Below are positions 11,661 through 24,149 of a DNA stretch of 64,000 nt, piece after piece. Position 1 is the stretch's first letter. Each line of letters starts with the position of its first letter. The stretch is from Chiloscyllium plagiosum. Lineage: Eukaryota. The stretch covers positions 16,766,901-16,830,900 of the forward strand of contig NC_057749.1 of assembly GCF_004010195.1 (NCBI RefSeq), written 5' to 3'. A program made the position numbers and the translations under genes. The notes under the pieces were generated by a model. It ran no database searches. It saw only the letters and a list, made by a program, of their open reading frames with translations, and was not told where the DNA came from.

Positions 11661-14600
11661 AGGGGCCCCCCTCTCCCGGGACCATCGGTACAGGGGCCCC
11701 CCTCCCCCCGGGACCATCGGTACAGGGGCCCCCCTCCCCCCGGGACCATCGGTACAGGGGCCCCCCTCCCCCCGGGACCATCGGTACAGGGGCCCCCCTC
11801 CCCCCGGGAGCATCGGTACAGGGGCCCCCCTCCCCCCGGGAGCATCGGTACAGGGGCGGCCCCCCTCCTCCCGGGACCCTCGGTACAGGGCCCCCCCCCT
11901 CCCCCCGGGGCCCTCGGTACAACCATACCCCCGCGCTCTTGATATCGGCGATAATGAGAGCTGGACATCAGAATCAAAAAAGTGTGGCGCTGGAAACGTA
12001 CAGCTGGTCCGGCAGCATCCGAGGAGCAGGAAAGTCGGCTCGTTCTCCGATGCTGCTTCACCGGGACTGCTTTTCTTGCGCCACACTTTTTGACTCTCGG
12101 TACAGGGATCCCCTGAACGCCCACTCCCCAGGGTCTTAGTATAGGGTCTCTCTTCCCCCCCCCCCGCCCCAACCTGTTGTTACAGGTGCAACTCCCTTCC
12201 CTGTGTACGCTCTCTGTACGGGGAGTGGGTTGCTCCTGTGTACACTGATCAAGTGAAAGCTGGGTTCTGCTGAAATGGTTTTGGTTTGTTAGTCAAATGG
12301 TGATCCCTGTCGCCTCAGAGTCCGGCCCAATCCTTGTACCTTCTTTCCCTGCCTACCTCTCATACTTGCATACTTCATTTCTACCACATGGGTTCTTTTG
12401 GCCCTGACCCTAAGACCTACTAATGTCCTTGGATATATTCTCTGCTTTCCCTCTCCCCGGGCTACGTTAATGAATGAGCTACTGACTGTTCATGGAAAAC
12501 AGTCCAAACACTCCCATTCATCGGTGATTATTCTGTATGGTGTGATCATGGGAGTGATTGCAACTGCCACTTCCTGCAGCCCCTGGTTCACTGAAACCAG
12601 GGAGACCCTGTCACCCTCTTCACCAAATCATGCCTTAATATCCTCCAGCACCTTTTCCCCCTTTGAGTACTTTGAGGTTTGCCTGCCCTCAGCCAAGATG
12701 TATGTACTGCTTTGCTCTCGGCCCAATGTTACCCTGAAGTGCTGTCCTACTCTACAGTCATACAGCATGTAAACAGGCCCTTTGGTCTTGCTACTCCATG
12801 CCAACCATGTCCTTCATCCAACGCTGCTCTTTGATGTCTCGTCCACTGTGCTCTTAATCTGTCTCCTCTTGGCCACACTGGGGTGAGAATGCTGGCAACT
12901 GGGCTTCTTTCGATCACTTTTTGCTGCTGATCCTGTGGTTACTGTGTCAGGTGAGGTGTCGATGGAAAAAGTGAAAGTCAAGCGCTATGTCTCTGGTAAA
13001 CGACCCGATTATGCGCCAATGGAGTCCTCAGATGAAGAGGAGGAGGACTTCCAGTTTGTGAAGAAGCCGAAAGATGCAGAGGCAGAGCCTGAGGTTACCG
13101 AGGAACTGGCAAACGATCCTCGTCTGAAACGTCTCCAAAACCGACTCTCTGAGGATGTAGAGGAAAGGTAAGAGAATCCGTGGCTTCTGGTGATCACATG
13201 GGTCCTAACTGGCAAACTCAAGTTTATTTTTATATATGGCATACTAAAACTGAAATTGCTGGAGAAATGCAGCCCTGAGAAAGCAAAATTAACATTTTGA
13301 CTCCAGAGACTCTACCATTAACTCTAACATTAACTGTTTTCTATCCATAGATGCTGCTAGACCTGCTGAGTTTCTCCAGCTGTTTCTATTTTTGTTTCAA
13401 ATCTTCAGTTCTTTGTTTATAATATTTTATTTGTCTCTGAAAATGACATGGTTCCTCCCTTAATCTCTCTGTCTGGTCCTGGACTGTATAGATCATGGAA
13501 GATGTGGATAGAATGTCTGCCCTTAGTTGATGGTAATGGGAAGTGATCAGTAGTTTCCGTGCACCTCAGTTAATGAGAGGAATAAAAAAACACCAGAATT
13601 GTTGTTGCTAACCAGGAACTGAACATATAAACCAGGCTGGTGTTTTAGCATGATTTGATTTGGTTTAAGCTTTATTGTCGCACATACTCAAATATGGAAG
13701 TACAGGATTACAGTGTAAAGCGTATAACGAGACCACGCATCTTAGGAATGAAGGTTTAGGTGCAAGTAGTAACATAGCAAAACAAAGTTAAAACTAAAAC
13801 ATTACAGTTGTTCTTAGTATAAGCAGAAAAATAAAGAAATCAAGTTACAAGTTAATATTATAGTCCTTCCACAGTGGATCAGCGGTGGGCACTGCTGCCT
13901 CTCATCAACAGGGACCCAGGTTTAATTTGTACATACTACCCGTGTCTGTGTGGGTTTACTCTGGGTTGCTCCATTTTCCCCTCTGTCCAAAGTTGTGCAG
14001 ATTAGGTGGATCGACCACGCTAAATTGCCCATAGTGTCCAGGGATGTGCAGGCTCGGTGGATTAGCTGTATGCAGGGTTACGGTAGATTAGGGGGATGCG
14101 TCTCAGTGGGATGCTGTTTGTAGGGTCAGTGTGTACTTGATGGGCTGAATGGCCTACTTCCACACTGTAGGGATTCTATGATTATTCGAGTATTAAGTGG
14201 AAAAATAAAGGTAAAAGTTTCTGATAAAGGGCTTTTGCCCGAAACATTGATTCTCCTGTTCCTTGGATGCTGCCTGACCTGCTGTGCTTTTCCAGCACCA
14301 TGCACTTGTCATAAAAGTTTAACAGTCATTCTTAAGTGCACTCCCTGCAAGGGCTGGGTCTCCTCCACTTTGGCCTGCTTTCTGGGAAACCTCAAGCTTC
14401 CTCAGTGGTATTGATAAAGGACTGCACAGATAGAGGTGTCATCTTTCAAATGAACTGTTAAACCAACTCTCATTTGCCAATTCAAGGGAATGTCTAAGAT
14501 CCCGTAGCATTATTTCCTGGTGTCCTGGACAGAATTTATGCCTTAAACAAAATTGTCAAGAAAACAGACTAACTGGTGATTTATTTTGTTGTTGCAACCT

Positions 14601-17600
14601 TAACAACAGTGATTGCATTGCATGGAATCCAGCTTGGGAAATCCTGATGGTGTGAAGGTTGTACAAATGTTGGAGCTCTGTTGTTCTCCAAGAGGCTGAC
14701 ACTTTCCCCCCTTTCTGCAGATTGGCAAGGCATCGGATGATTGTTGAGCCTGAGGTGGTGATGGAGGCGGAATCTGAGGATGAAGGGGAGCCTTGGCACA
14801 TTGATCGTGAGGACACCAGTGAAGAGGAAGAGGAGGAAGTGGACGACGAGGTGAGTATGGATGTCATACTAGTGCCTAAGAAACAATGACATGTTAAAGA
14901 AGAGGACAGACCCACAGCTGGAAGTGAAGTGCTGAGATAGTGACTGGATTAAGGCTCAGAGGCCTAATGCAGACCCCAGAGACATTGCCAGGCAGCACAG
15001 GCCTGATAGTGACGAATCTGAACTTCTCGTTAGGATGTTATTTCTTTCATGCTTGTGGTTAATGACAGTTGAAGAAAGGCATCGCAAGGAGTGGTCGAAG
15101 TAAAAAACTTTGTAGTTAAGGGGAAGCTAAATAGTGAGGAAAGAAATTGTAGGATTACCTGAGATGAAGTAGAGTGGAGCACAAACATTGAGACTGACCT
15201 GTTGGGCTGAATGATCTGTTTTTACACCTTTTATTAAAAAGGCATTCAAGGCTAAGGCAGCCCCTGAATTTGTCCCAAACTGCCATGGTGAGATTTGAAC
15301 ATGTCTCAAGATCGCTTGCGAAGCCCACTGGATTACAAAATCAGTAGTATAACCATTCTGCTACCATCCCAGTCCAATCCTCTTTCCATGTGGCCTTTAA
15401 CAATCCAAATTCAGCCGGCAACATCGGATGCACCTCAGGTTTTGGTTTTCTGGCCCTGGAGCTGTTCTCCCAGTTGTCTGCTCACCCAGGATATAGGTGT
15501 TGGGGCTGAAACTTTCTAAGGACCTGGTATCTTTGCTGAGATGGCTTACTGCAGCCAATGCAGATAGAGAGAGTTAGCTTCAGCCTCCCATGAGCAACGA
15601 TCAGGACTCTGGCTGTGTTGCTGTTCTGGTGTAATGAAGACATGATGCCTTCCTGTTTCAAATAATCTGTCAAGGTAAACCCCTTCAACTGCATAAGTGA
15701 GGGAGCCAGAAAGAGTCAGCACCTAAACAACTACATGTCGGATAGGTTACCTTGGCTGGACAAGGGTAAGGGAGTAGAGGAGGGAAAAACTGATCTGTTG
15801 TCCGATAGATCTAGGGACGGCCATTTGCAGCCCAAACAGGTCATTCGATTCAATGGGTTTGCTCGAATCTCCAACCGATCTTCCTTCATCTTGGAACATG
15901 TTTATTTTTTTACATCTCCCTCACGTTTCCTAGATTTCCTTTAGGTGCATCTATATCGGTTCATCTCTACCAGTCCCAATGGTAACGAGCTCCACATTCT
16001 TGCCGCTCAGTAAAGCTGTTTCTCTGCATTCCCGATTGAATTTTGAGGCATTCTGATTATGAATTGAGTTGTGACCATGTGGAGAGCCTTGATCAGTTGG
16101 TGAGGTGACCGATTTAGAGCCATTTCTCTGGTATCTTTGACAGGAAATTGAGCGACGTCGGGCCATGATGAGACAGCGGGCTCAGGAAAGAGAGACCGAA
16201 GAATTGGAACTTTTGGAATTGGAGGATGAAGGTCGATCTGGAGAAGAGTCAGAAGAGGAGTCAGAGTACGAAGAATATACGGACAGTGAGGATGAAACTG
16301 AACCCAGGCTAAAACCTGTCTTTATAAGAAGGTATGATTTATCAGTAAAACTGACTAACCGATGTTTCTCGCACTAAGCAATATGAGGGTACACAACGTA
16401 ATCAGTAAAATTTGTCAATTCACTTGGCCCGCAGGCTGGCTGGTGTGAAATGAGTGCAGTAAGGAGGCCCTTCTGGGAATGAAGTTGGACAATTTGAGTA
16501 ACTAGAGTGAGATTGACTCTGTTCAACGTTTCTGCCCCTTCGCCATGACTGTTTGATGGGGACAGTCTAGAAGAGCTTCACTGTGAATCTGACCCCATGC
16601 TGTAACTGAACATGGGAATGTTTGGGGAGACTGGAGGGCCCTTTCCTCTGTATCTAACCTTATGCTGACCCTGACTTGGGAGTGTTTCGGTACATGCCAG
16701 AGGGAGCTTTGCTCTGTATCTAACCCCGTACTGGCACTGTTCAGGGGGTGTTTGATGGGGTCAGGGTGTTTTATTTTATATTGAACCCCGTGCTGTACCT
16801 GCAAGCGTTTGTTTGGGACTCAGTCAGATATTATAGTTTTGTTTTACTGGATAATTGCAGTTGAAAAAGAGCAACACCGTGTGGGTGAAGTAACTGCCAT
16901 TGCTGTATTTAAGGGCCAGCAAGACAGACTTGAGTGAGAAAGGAATGGAAGGAAATGCTGATGGAGTGGGATGTATTATTGGGTTGAATAAACCAACAGC
17001 TGATTATTATCAGCTTGTCTTTGTGGGATTTTGCTGTGCATAGATTAGCTGCCATGGTTTCCTGAATTTCAACAATATTTCAGAAGTATTTCATTACCTG
17101 AGAAGGGTTTTGGCAATATAAAATTGGTTTTAGTTAATTTAGTTATCTCTAGTTTTGTATGGTGAGCTTGTCTTTTGCAGCTCTCTTGCTGAACTTCTCC
17201 TTCTGATTTTCCAGGAAGGACCGTGTCACTGTGCAGGAACGTGAGGCCGAAGCCATAAAGCAAAAGGAGCTGGAGGCGGAGGCCAAGCGTTTGAGTGAGG
17301 AGCAGCGCAAATACACGTTGAAGGTACCGAGCATAGCCTATGCTCCTTGTGGGAAATCCTGCGCTGTGGTTACGGGTTGGGAATCTGGGAAGCCCTGGAC
17401 CAGTTGCATTGCTGGGTTTTGGAGACTGTCCAGTTTTTGGGGTGGAAAAAATTAAAAATCTCAGAACACCAGGTTATAGTCCATTTGGAAGTACCAGCTT
17501 TTGGAGCACTGCTCCTTCATTGGGTAGCGAGTGGGGTAAGATCATAGGACGCAACTTATAGTAAAAGATCAAAGTGTAATACAACTGATGTGATGTCTTG

Positions 17601-20600
17601 AACAAACCTAGATTGCTGTTAAGTCTTTAATCACTTAGAACAGGGGTGCAGATTTTAATTGATTAATATGTAAATCCCAGAACTACTTTCAAGTCACAGT
17701 CTCACGATAACTTAAGGTTTTATAAAAAATGGTGACATCTCACCTCAGATGATGCATTAAAGGTGTGAGGTTAGAATCTGCCTGTATCCCAACCTCGAGT
17801 CAGACTGGCTCTATTTCCAAAGTGGGAATTTTTTGGGGTGGTATTGGTGGAGGTAGACAACACCAATTTGTGGGAATGGGGGTTAGTGGAAGACCATTTT
17901 AGTAAGGGCAGATAATTCCCTGGTATATCATTTGTAGATTGTGGAGGAGGAGGCCAGGCGAGAGATTGAAGAGTCCAGGAGAACATTGTCAGCTCTCGAT
18001 GCACTGAACACAGATGATGAGAACGATGAAGAGGAATATGAGTCATGGAAAGTGCGAGAACTTAAACGCATCAAGCGGGACAGAGAGGAGCGGGAATCGT
18101 GAGTACTGTGTTTGATCATTAAGTAGAAGTTTGTCAGAACTGCAGCAGCTACCCATCCCCTAAACCCTTGCAGCAACACAATCAGCATACAGGTTACATA
18201 CCCAATTCTCACTATCCCATATTGAAGTTACTTGGTAATTTCTTTGAGCAGCATTTCTGATATGTCAGTACATTTCTTCCTTTAGTGTTTGTATTTGTAA
18301 TCAATGCTTACTTTGAATAAAATTAATTTTGCTTTCCTCTCTTCTAATTATGGGACTGTCAGTCTCTCTCCCTGTCTCCGCATGACTGTTTGCATGAATG
18401 AATTGATTGTTTTGTTTATGAAGAGTCACTCCTTGTTTCATTACCATCATGTGTTGCAGCATGGAGAAGGAGAAAGCTGAGATTGATCGTATGCATAATC
18501 TGACTGAAGAGGAAAGGCGAGCAGAACTTCGAGCCAACAGCAAAGCCATTACCAACAAGGCCAGCAAAGGGAAGTACAAATTCCTGCAGAAGTACTACCA
18601 CAGAGGAGCCTTCTTCATGGTGAGTGTGGCTAATTTCAACCAGTACTGACCCTTATGTCTGGGGTTCTCTTGTGAATCTGGTAATGGGTGCTTTAGCATA
18701 TGCTCACACTGCCATTGGTTATCCAGTGAATTGTACTGAGAAGCGTTTACAGCAGGAGTGGGCTCCAACATGACAGCCTAATACTCTGAATGCTATTGGC
18801 CAAGAGTAACAACCATTTGGTCTAGTCTGAGAGGGGTTGCTGCTGCATGTTGCACCAGGCCCCAGAGAGACAGCACCTTTCGAAGACGGTCATGGCTCTC
18901 ACTCTTGTTCAGTCATCAAGCAAGTGCTGATTATCTGCATAAATTGGACCAAAGGCAAATTGTGTTTTGTTTTATTGTAACCCCATTTGGTCTATTTTGG
19001 GAATATGCATCACTTATATAGTATATAATACCCATTGCTGTGTCAAATGAACTGATCTTTTTAATATCTAACAGGATGAAGAGGAGGATCTTTACAAACG
19101 GGACTTCAGTTCCCCGACACTGGAGGACCATTTCAATAAGACCATTTTGCCCAAAGTCATGCAGGTACAGTATTATGCACCTCGATTACTTGATGTTGCA
19201 CAGGCACAGGCGGTACCAATATGTGTGCGTTCCTGTACCACTCCCCTCTGATAAGAAACAGCTTCTGAGCAGTTTAGAAAAATGCACCTTTATTGCTTTA
19301 TGGGGACCTGGGGTAATGCCAGAAAAAGACTGGGTTTCAGAAAGAATCACAGCTCTGGGTGTGTGTGGGATAGAAGGGGATCAGCTGGAAGAACAGTGTC
19401 CTTGTCAGATGAGTAGAGGAAGATACTAAGTCCCACTGGACTCTGAGAACATATATGACATAGTCAGAGATATACAGCATGGAAATGGACCCTTTGGTCC
19501 AACCCGTCCATGCTGACCAGATATCCCAACCCAATCTAGTCCCACCTGCCAGCACCCGGCCCATATCCCTCCAAACCTTTTCTATTCATATACCCATCCA
19601 AATGCCTTTTTAAATGTTGCAGTTGTACCAGCCTCCACCACTTCCTCTGGCAGCTCATTCCATACACATACCACCCTCTGCGTGAATAAGTTGCCCCATA
19701 GGTCTCTTTTATATCTTTCCCCTCTCACCCTAAACCTATGTCCTCTAGTTCTGGACTTTTCCCTCCCCCCGCGAGAAGAGATTTTGTCTATTTATCCTAT
19801 CCATGCCCCTCATGATTTTTTAAACCTCTATAAGGTCACCCTTCAGCCTCCGACGCTCCAGGGAAAACAGACCCAGCCTGTTCAGCCTCTCCTGATAGCT
19901 CAAATCCTCCAACCCTGGCAACATCCTTGTAAATATTTTCTGAACCCTTTCAAGTTTCACAACATCTTTCCGATAGGAAGGAGACCAGAATTGCATGCAA
20001 TATTCCAACAGTGGCATAACCGATCTCCTGTACAGCTGCAACATGACGTCCCAACTCCTGTACTCAACACTCTGACCAATAAAGGAAAGCATACCAAACG
20101 CCGCCTTCACCATCCTATCTACTTGCGACTCCACTTTCAAGGACCTATGAATCTGCACTCCGAGGTCTTTGTTCAGCAACACTCCCTAGGACCTTACTAT
20201 TAAGTGTATAAGTCCTGTTAAGATTTGCTTTTCCAAAATGCAGCCCATTTATCTGAATTAAACTCCATCTGCCACTTCTCAGTCCATTGGCCCTGTTGTA
20301 ATCTGAGGTAACCTTGTCCAATTTTGGTGTAATCAGCAAACTTACTAACTAGACCTCTTATGCTCACATCCAAATCTATATATAAATGATGAAAAATAGA
20401 GGACCCAGCACTGATCCTTGTGGCATTCCACTGGTCACAAGCCTCCAGTCTGAAAAACAACCCTCCATCACCACCCTCTATCTTCTACCTTTGAGCCAGT
20501 TCTGTATCCAAATGGTGAGTTTTCTCTGTATTCCATGAAATCTAACCTTGCTAATCAGTCTCCCATGGGGAACCTTGTCGAACACCTTACTGAAGTCCGT

Positions 20601-23600
20601 ATAGATCACATCTACTGCTCTGCCCTCATCAATCCTCTTTGTTACTTCTTCAAAAAACTCAATCAAGTTTGCTAGACATGATTTCCCACGCAGAAAGCCA
20701 TGTTGACTATCCCTAATCAGTCCTTGTCTTTCCAAATACGTATACATCCTGTCCCTCGGATTCCCTCCAACAACTTGCCCACCACCGAGGTCAAGCTCAC
20801 CGGTCTGTAGTTCCCTGGCTTGTCCTTACCACCCTTCTTAAACAGTGGCAACACATTTGCCAACCTCCAGTCTTCCGGCGCCTCACCTGTGACTATCGAT
20901 GATACAAATATCTCAGTAAGAGGCCCAGCAATCACTTCCCTAGCTTCCCACAGAGTTCTCGGGTACACCTGATCAGGTCCTGGGGATTTATCCACTTAGG
21001 CGTTTCAAGACATCCAGCACTTCCTCCTCTGTAATATGGACATTTGTCAAAATGTCACCATCTATATCCCTACATTCTATATCTTCCATGTCCTTTTCCA
21101 CAGTAAATACTGATGCAAAATACTCGTTTAGTATCTGCCACATCTCCTGCGGCTCCACACAAAGGCCGCCTTGCTGATCTTTGAGGGGCCCTATTCTCTC
21201 CCTAGTTAACCTTTGTCCTTAATGTATTTGTAAAAACTGATTGGATTCTCGATAACTCTATTTGCCAAAGCTATCTCATGTCCCCTTTTTGTCCTCCTGA
21301 TTTCTCTCTTAAGAATACTCCTACTGCCTTTATACTCTTCTAAGGATTCACTCTATCTTGTCTATAACTGACATATGTTTCCTTTTTCTTAACCAACCCT
21401 CAATTTCTTTAGTCATCCAGCATTCCCTATATCTACCAGCCTTTCCTTTCATCCTTACAGGAGTATACTTTCTCTGGATTCTCGTTCTTATTTCTGAAGG
21501 CTTCCCATTTTCCAGTCATCCCTTTACCTGCGAACATCTGCCCCCAATCAGCTTTTGAAAGTTCTTGCCTAATACTGTTAAAATTGACCTTCCTCCAATT
21601 TAGAACTTCAGCTTTTAAATCTGGTCTATCTGTTTCCATCACTATTTTAAATTATGGTCGCTGGCCCAAAGTCCTCCCCCACTGACACTTCAGTCACCTG
21701 CCCTGCCTTATTTCCCAAGAGTAGGTCAAATTTTGCATCTTCTTTAGTAGGTCCATTCACATACTGAATCAGAAAATTTTCTTGTACACACTTAACAAAT
21801 TCCTCTCCATCTAGACCCTTAACACTGTGGCAGTCCCAGTCGACGTTTGGAAAGTTAAAATCCCCTACCATAACCATCCTATTATTCTTACAGATAACTG
21901 AGATCTCCTTACAAATTTGTTTCTCAATTTCACTCTGACTATTAGGGGGTCTAAAACACAACCCCATTAGGATGATCATCCCTTTCTTATTTCTCAGTTC
22001 CACCCAAATAACTTCCCTGAATGTATTTCCGGGGAATATCCTCCCTCGGTATAGCTGTATTGCTATCCCTTATCAAAACGCAATCCCCCCTCTCTTGCCT
22101 CCCTTTCTATCCTTCCTGTAGCATTTGTATCCTGGAACATGCAGCTGTCAGTCCTGCCCATCCCTGAGCCATGTTTCTGTAATTGCTATGATATCCCAGT
22201 CCCATGTTCCTAACCATGCCCTGAGTTCACCTGCCTTCCTTGTTAGGCCTCTTGCATTGAAATAAATGCAGTTTAATTTCAGTCCTACCTTGTTCTCTGC
22301 TTGCCCTGACTGCCTGCCCTGACTGTTTGACTCGCCTTTGTTCTCAATTCTACCTGTCTCAGATAGAAATCTTTCCTCACTATCTCCCTGGGTCCCCACC
22401 ACCACCACTTTACTAGTTTAAATCTTCCTAAGCAGCTCTAGCCAGTCTCCCTGCCAGTATATTAATCTCCTTTCAACTCAGGTGCAATCCATCCTTGTAC
22501 AGGTCACTTCTACCCCAAAACAGCTTCCAATGATCCGAAAATGTGAATCCTACTCCTGTACACCAGCTCCTCAGCCATGTATTCATCTGCTCTATCCTCC
22601 TGTTCCTGCCCTCACTAGCTCGTAGCACCGGGGGTAATCCAGATATTACTACTCTTGAGGATGAGAGTAGTCTTATTTGCTTCTTCACTGACTTGCACTT
22701 CATCCAGGAAAATGCACAGCACATTGATCAGCCATCGAAAGAGAGAAGCTGTCTGTGTTTCTTGTGGATTCTTTGTCAGAGTAATGTTCTGTTTAATGGA
22801 GGATCCTGCCGGCAACTGTAAAACTCTTTTTTAAATATTGTCTGATCTCTGCCATGCACTTTCCTGGCACCTTAACCATCTGTTGTAAAAGATGGGGAAT
22901 GAGAAAATGCAGTTGCTCCTTGAATGACATGTGCCAGTTATTAACTGTAAAGAATTATTAACTTGGCCATACCTCCATATGTGAGAAAGTGGGGAATGCT
23001 GGAATCTGAGCTGAGTAAGGATACCAACTTCAACCCATCTTTTCTACTTCTTTAGTTATTTTGTCTCAAGCCTTTTATTTAGACTTTAGAAATTTCAGTT
23101 ACCAAGGGAGTAACTGAAAAGTTTTCAGATTTAAGTCTGACAAATTTCAATGATGTGGTGTATACAGCTTTAATGGACAGTGAAGATTGAATACTAGCTT
23201 CCAAAATGAAATTTAACAAATACATAAAAGAAAAAAAAATCTGCAAGGTATAGGGGAGATTCTATTGGGGAGGTACAACAAATCATGGGGCACCTTTTTC
23301 AAAGAGCCAGCCCCATCGTGTTGGGCTGAAATAATGGCTGATGGACTACACTTTTCTAGCGCTTTATTGTGAAGTTTTCTTCACTGATGTTTAAACTGAA
23401 AGTGGGTTTCATTTTACTCCCTTCAGGTCAAGAACTTTGGTCGTTCGGGGCGGACCAAATATACTCACCTGGTTGACCAGGACACCACCTCATTTGACTC
23501 AGCATGGGCCCAGGAATCTGCTCAGAACAGCAAATTCTTTAAACAGCGGGCAGCTGGTGTGCGTGATGTTTTTGAGAGGCCATCGGCCAAGAAAAGGAAG

Positions 23601-23609
23601 ACCACGTGA
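11531..23609 (+). CDS. MFAP1: Microfibrillar-associated protein 1 (spliceosomal B-complex factor), 9 coding exons, 439 aa: join(11531..11612,12951..13167,14721..14850,16144..16331,17215..17323,17938..18098,18460..18619,19075..19164,23427..23609)
   Basis: Peptides [100 protein letters not shown] match MFAP1. All introns are GT-AG, phases are consistent, total 1320 nt, Kozak GCCGCCATGG. Confidence 0.97.
11655..11922. repeat. 32-bp GC-rich minisatellite, ~8 copies (GGTACAGGGGCCCCCCTCCCCCCGGGACCATC)
   Basis: Direct reading; starts about 43 bp into MFAP1 intron 1. Confidence 0.95.
11958..12097. mobile_element. Diverged Penelope-derived fold-back in MFAP1 intron 1
   Basis: TCAAAAAAGTGTGGCGC ... 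GCGCCACACTTTTTGA inverted arms with the GCAGCATC motif. Confidence 0.6.
12951..13167 (+). CDS. MFAP1: MFAP1 exon 2
   Basis: tgtcag|GTGAGG...GAAAG|gtaaga; [20 protein letters not shown]...EDVEE. Confidence 0.95.
13880..14180 (+). mobile_element. tRNA-derived SINE (HE1/V-SINE-like), diverged
   Basis: GCACTGCTGCCTC...GTCCAAAG.TGTGCAGATTAGGTGG...CCACACTGTAGGGATTCTATG. Confidence 0.75.
14721..14850 (+). CDS. MFAP1: MFAP1 exon 3
   Basis: ttctgcag|ATTGGCA...GACGAG|gtgagt; [13 protein letters not shown]. Confidence 0.95.
16144..16331 (+). CDS. MFAP1: MFAP1 exon 4
   Basis: tgacag|GAAATT...AGAAG|gtatga; [15 protein letters not shown]...PRLKPVFIR. Confidence 0.95.
16545..16805. repeat. Diverged ~70-bp satellite units (same family as 44262 and 51441)
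   Basis: TGTTTGATGGG...GAGCTTT.CTCTGTATCTAACCCCGT. Confidence 0.75.
17215..17323 (+). CDS. MFAP1: MFAP1 exon 5
   Basis: ttttccag|GAAGGAC...TTGAAG|gtaccg; [10 protein letters not shown]...RKYTLK. Confidence 0.95.
17938..18098 (+). CDS. MFAP1: MFAP1 exon 6
   Basis: tttgtag|ATTGTG...GAATC|gtgagt; IVEEE...[23 protein letters not shown]. Confidence 0.95.
18460..18619 (+). CDS. MFAP1: MFAP1 exon 7
   Basis: gttgcag|CATGGAG...TTCATG|gtgagt; [19 protein letters not shown]...YYHRGAFFM. Confidence 0.95.
19075..19164 (+). CDS. MFAP1: MFAP1 exon 8
   Basis: taacag|GATGAA...ATGCAG|gtacag; [30 protein letters not shown]. Confidence 0.95.
19457..22660 (-). mobile_element. Long CR1 LINE in MFAP1 intron 8 (ORF1 esterase end + endonuclease + RT, frameshifted)
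   Basis: [25 protein letters not shown] (ORF1 SGNH-like), [19 protein letters not shown] and VGDFNFP (APE endonuclease), [13 protein letters not shown] and SKFAD (RT), CR1 3' tail at ~19460-19560. Confidence 0.95.
23427..23609 (+). CDS. MFAP1: MFAP1 exon 9 (last coding)
   Basis: ccttcag|GTCAAG...ACCACGTGA; [27 protein letters not shown]...PSAKKRKTT*. Confidence 0.95.
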   Translation, partial: VKNFGRSGRTKYTHLVDQDTTSFDSAWAQESAQNSKFFKQRAAGVRDVFERPSAKKRKTT

Positions 23610-24149
23610 TCCTAGGGAGGCAGGGACATTGTAGCTACACGCACTTTGTGGTTTACAACGAGCATCAGAACTCTCACACGGTGATTGTACTAGCCCTCGT
23701 TCCAGGTTCTAAACCTCCTTTGTTGACGTATTGTTTCCTTTGCTGACAATACTGTTCACACAAGTAATTTAAAACTTTTTTTTTTAAGTAAAATAGACAT
23801 ACTTTCTGAAGAGTTTACAACTCTGTAATCATGTATTTTTTCCTTTGCTGTTGTTTTATCAAATTTGATAAAAACTGAGTTAGTGAATTTATTTATAATT
23901 TTCTTGTTTCATTCGTATGGGATGGGCTGTATACATTCCTGAAGGAGAGTGACCTCACTGTTCAGGAAACAGTGAGATCCTACACATTGACAAATCAAAC
24001 CCAAGACATTGATTTACAATTCAATTACATTACAGTGTAAGTAGAAATTGCAATGCAAAAGTATTAAGAATATTGATTGATGCATTGTGAAAATATGGAA
24101 TGTGCAGTCTGAAAGGTTGGTTGTAGCAAATTCCAAACAAACATTCAGA

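Noticed and set aside
11414-12172. Collagen/proline-rich-looking ORFs
   Set aside because: Only 11531-11612 is coding (MFAP1 exon 1); the rest is the 32-bp intronic repeat.
14221-14300. Additional intact hammerhead cores (14221, 6955, 50262, 53911)
   Set aside because: Core positions are mutated or truncated (CTGATAA, GAAG, AAAA, missing CTG), so they are likely inactive relics.
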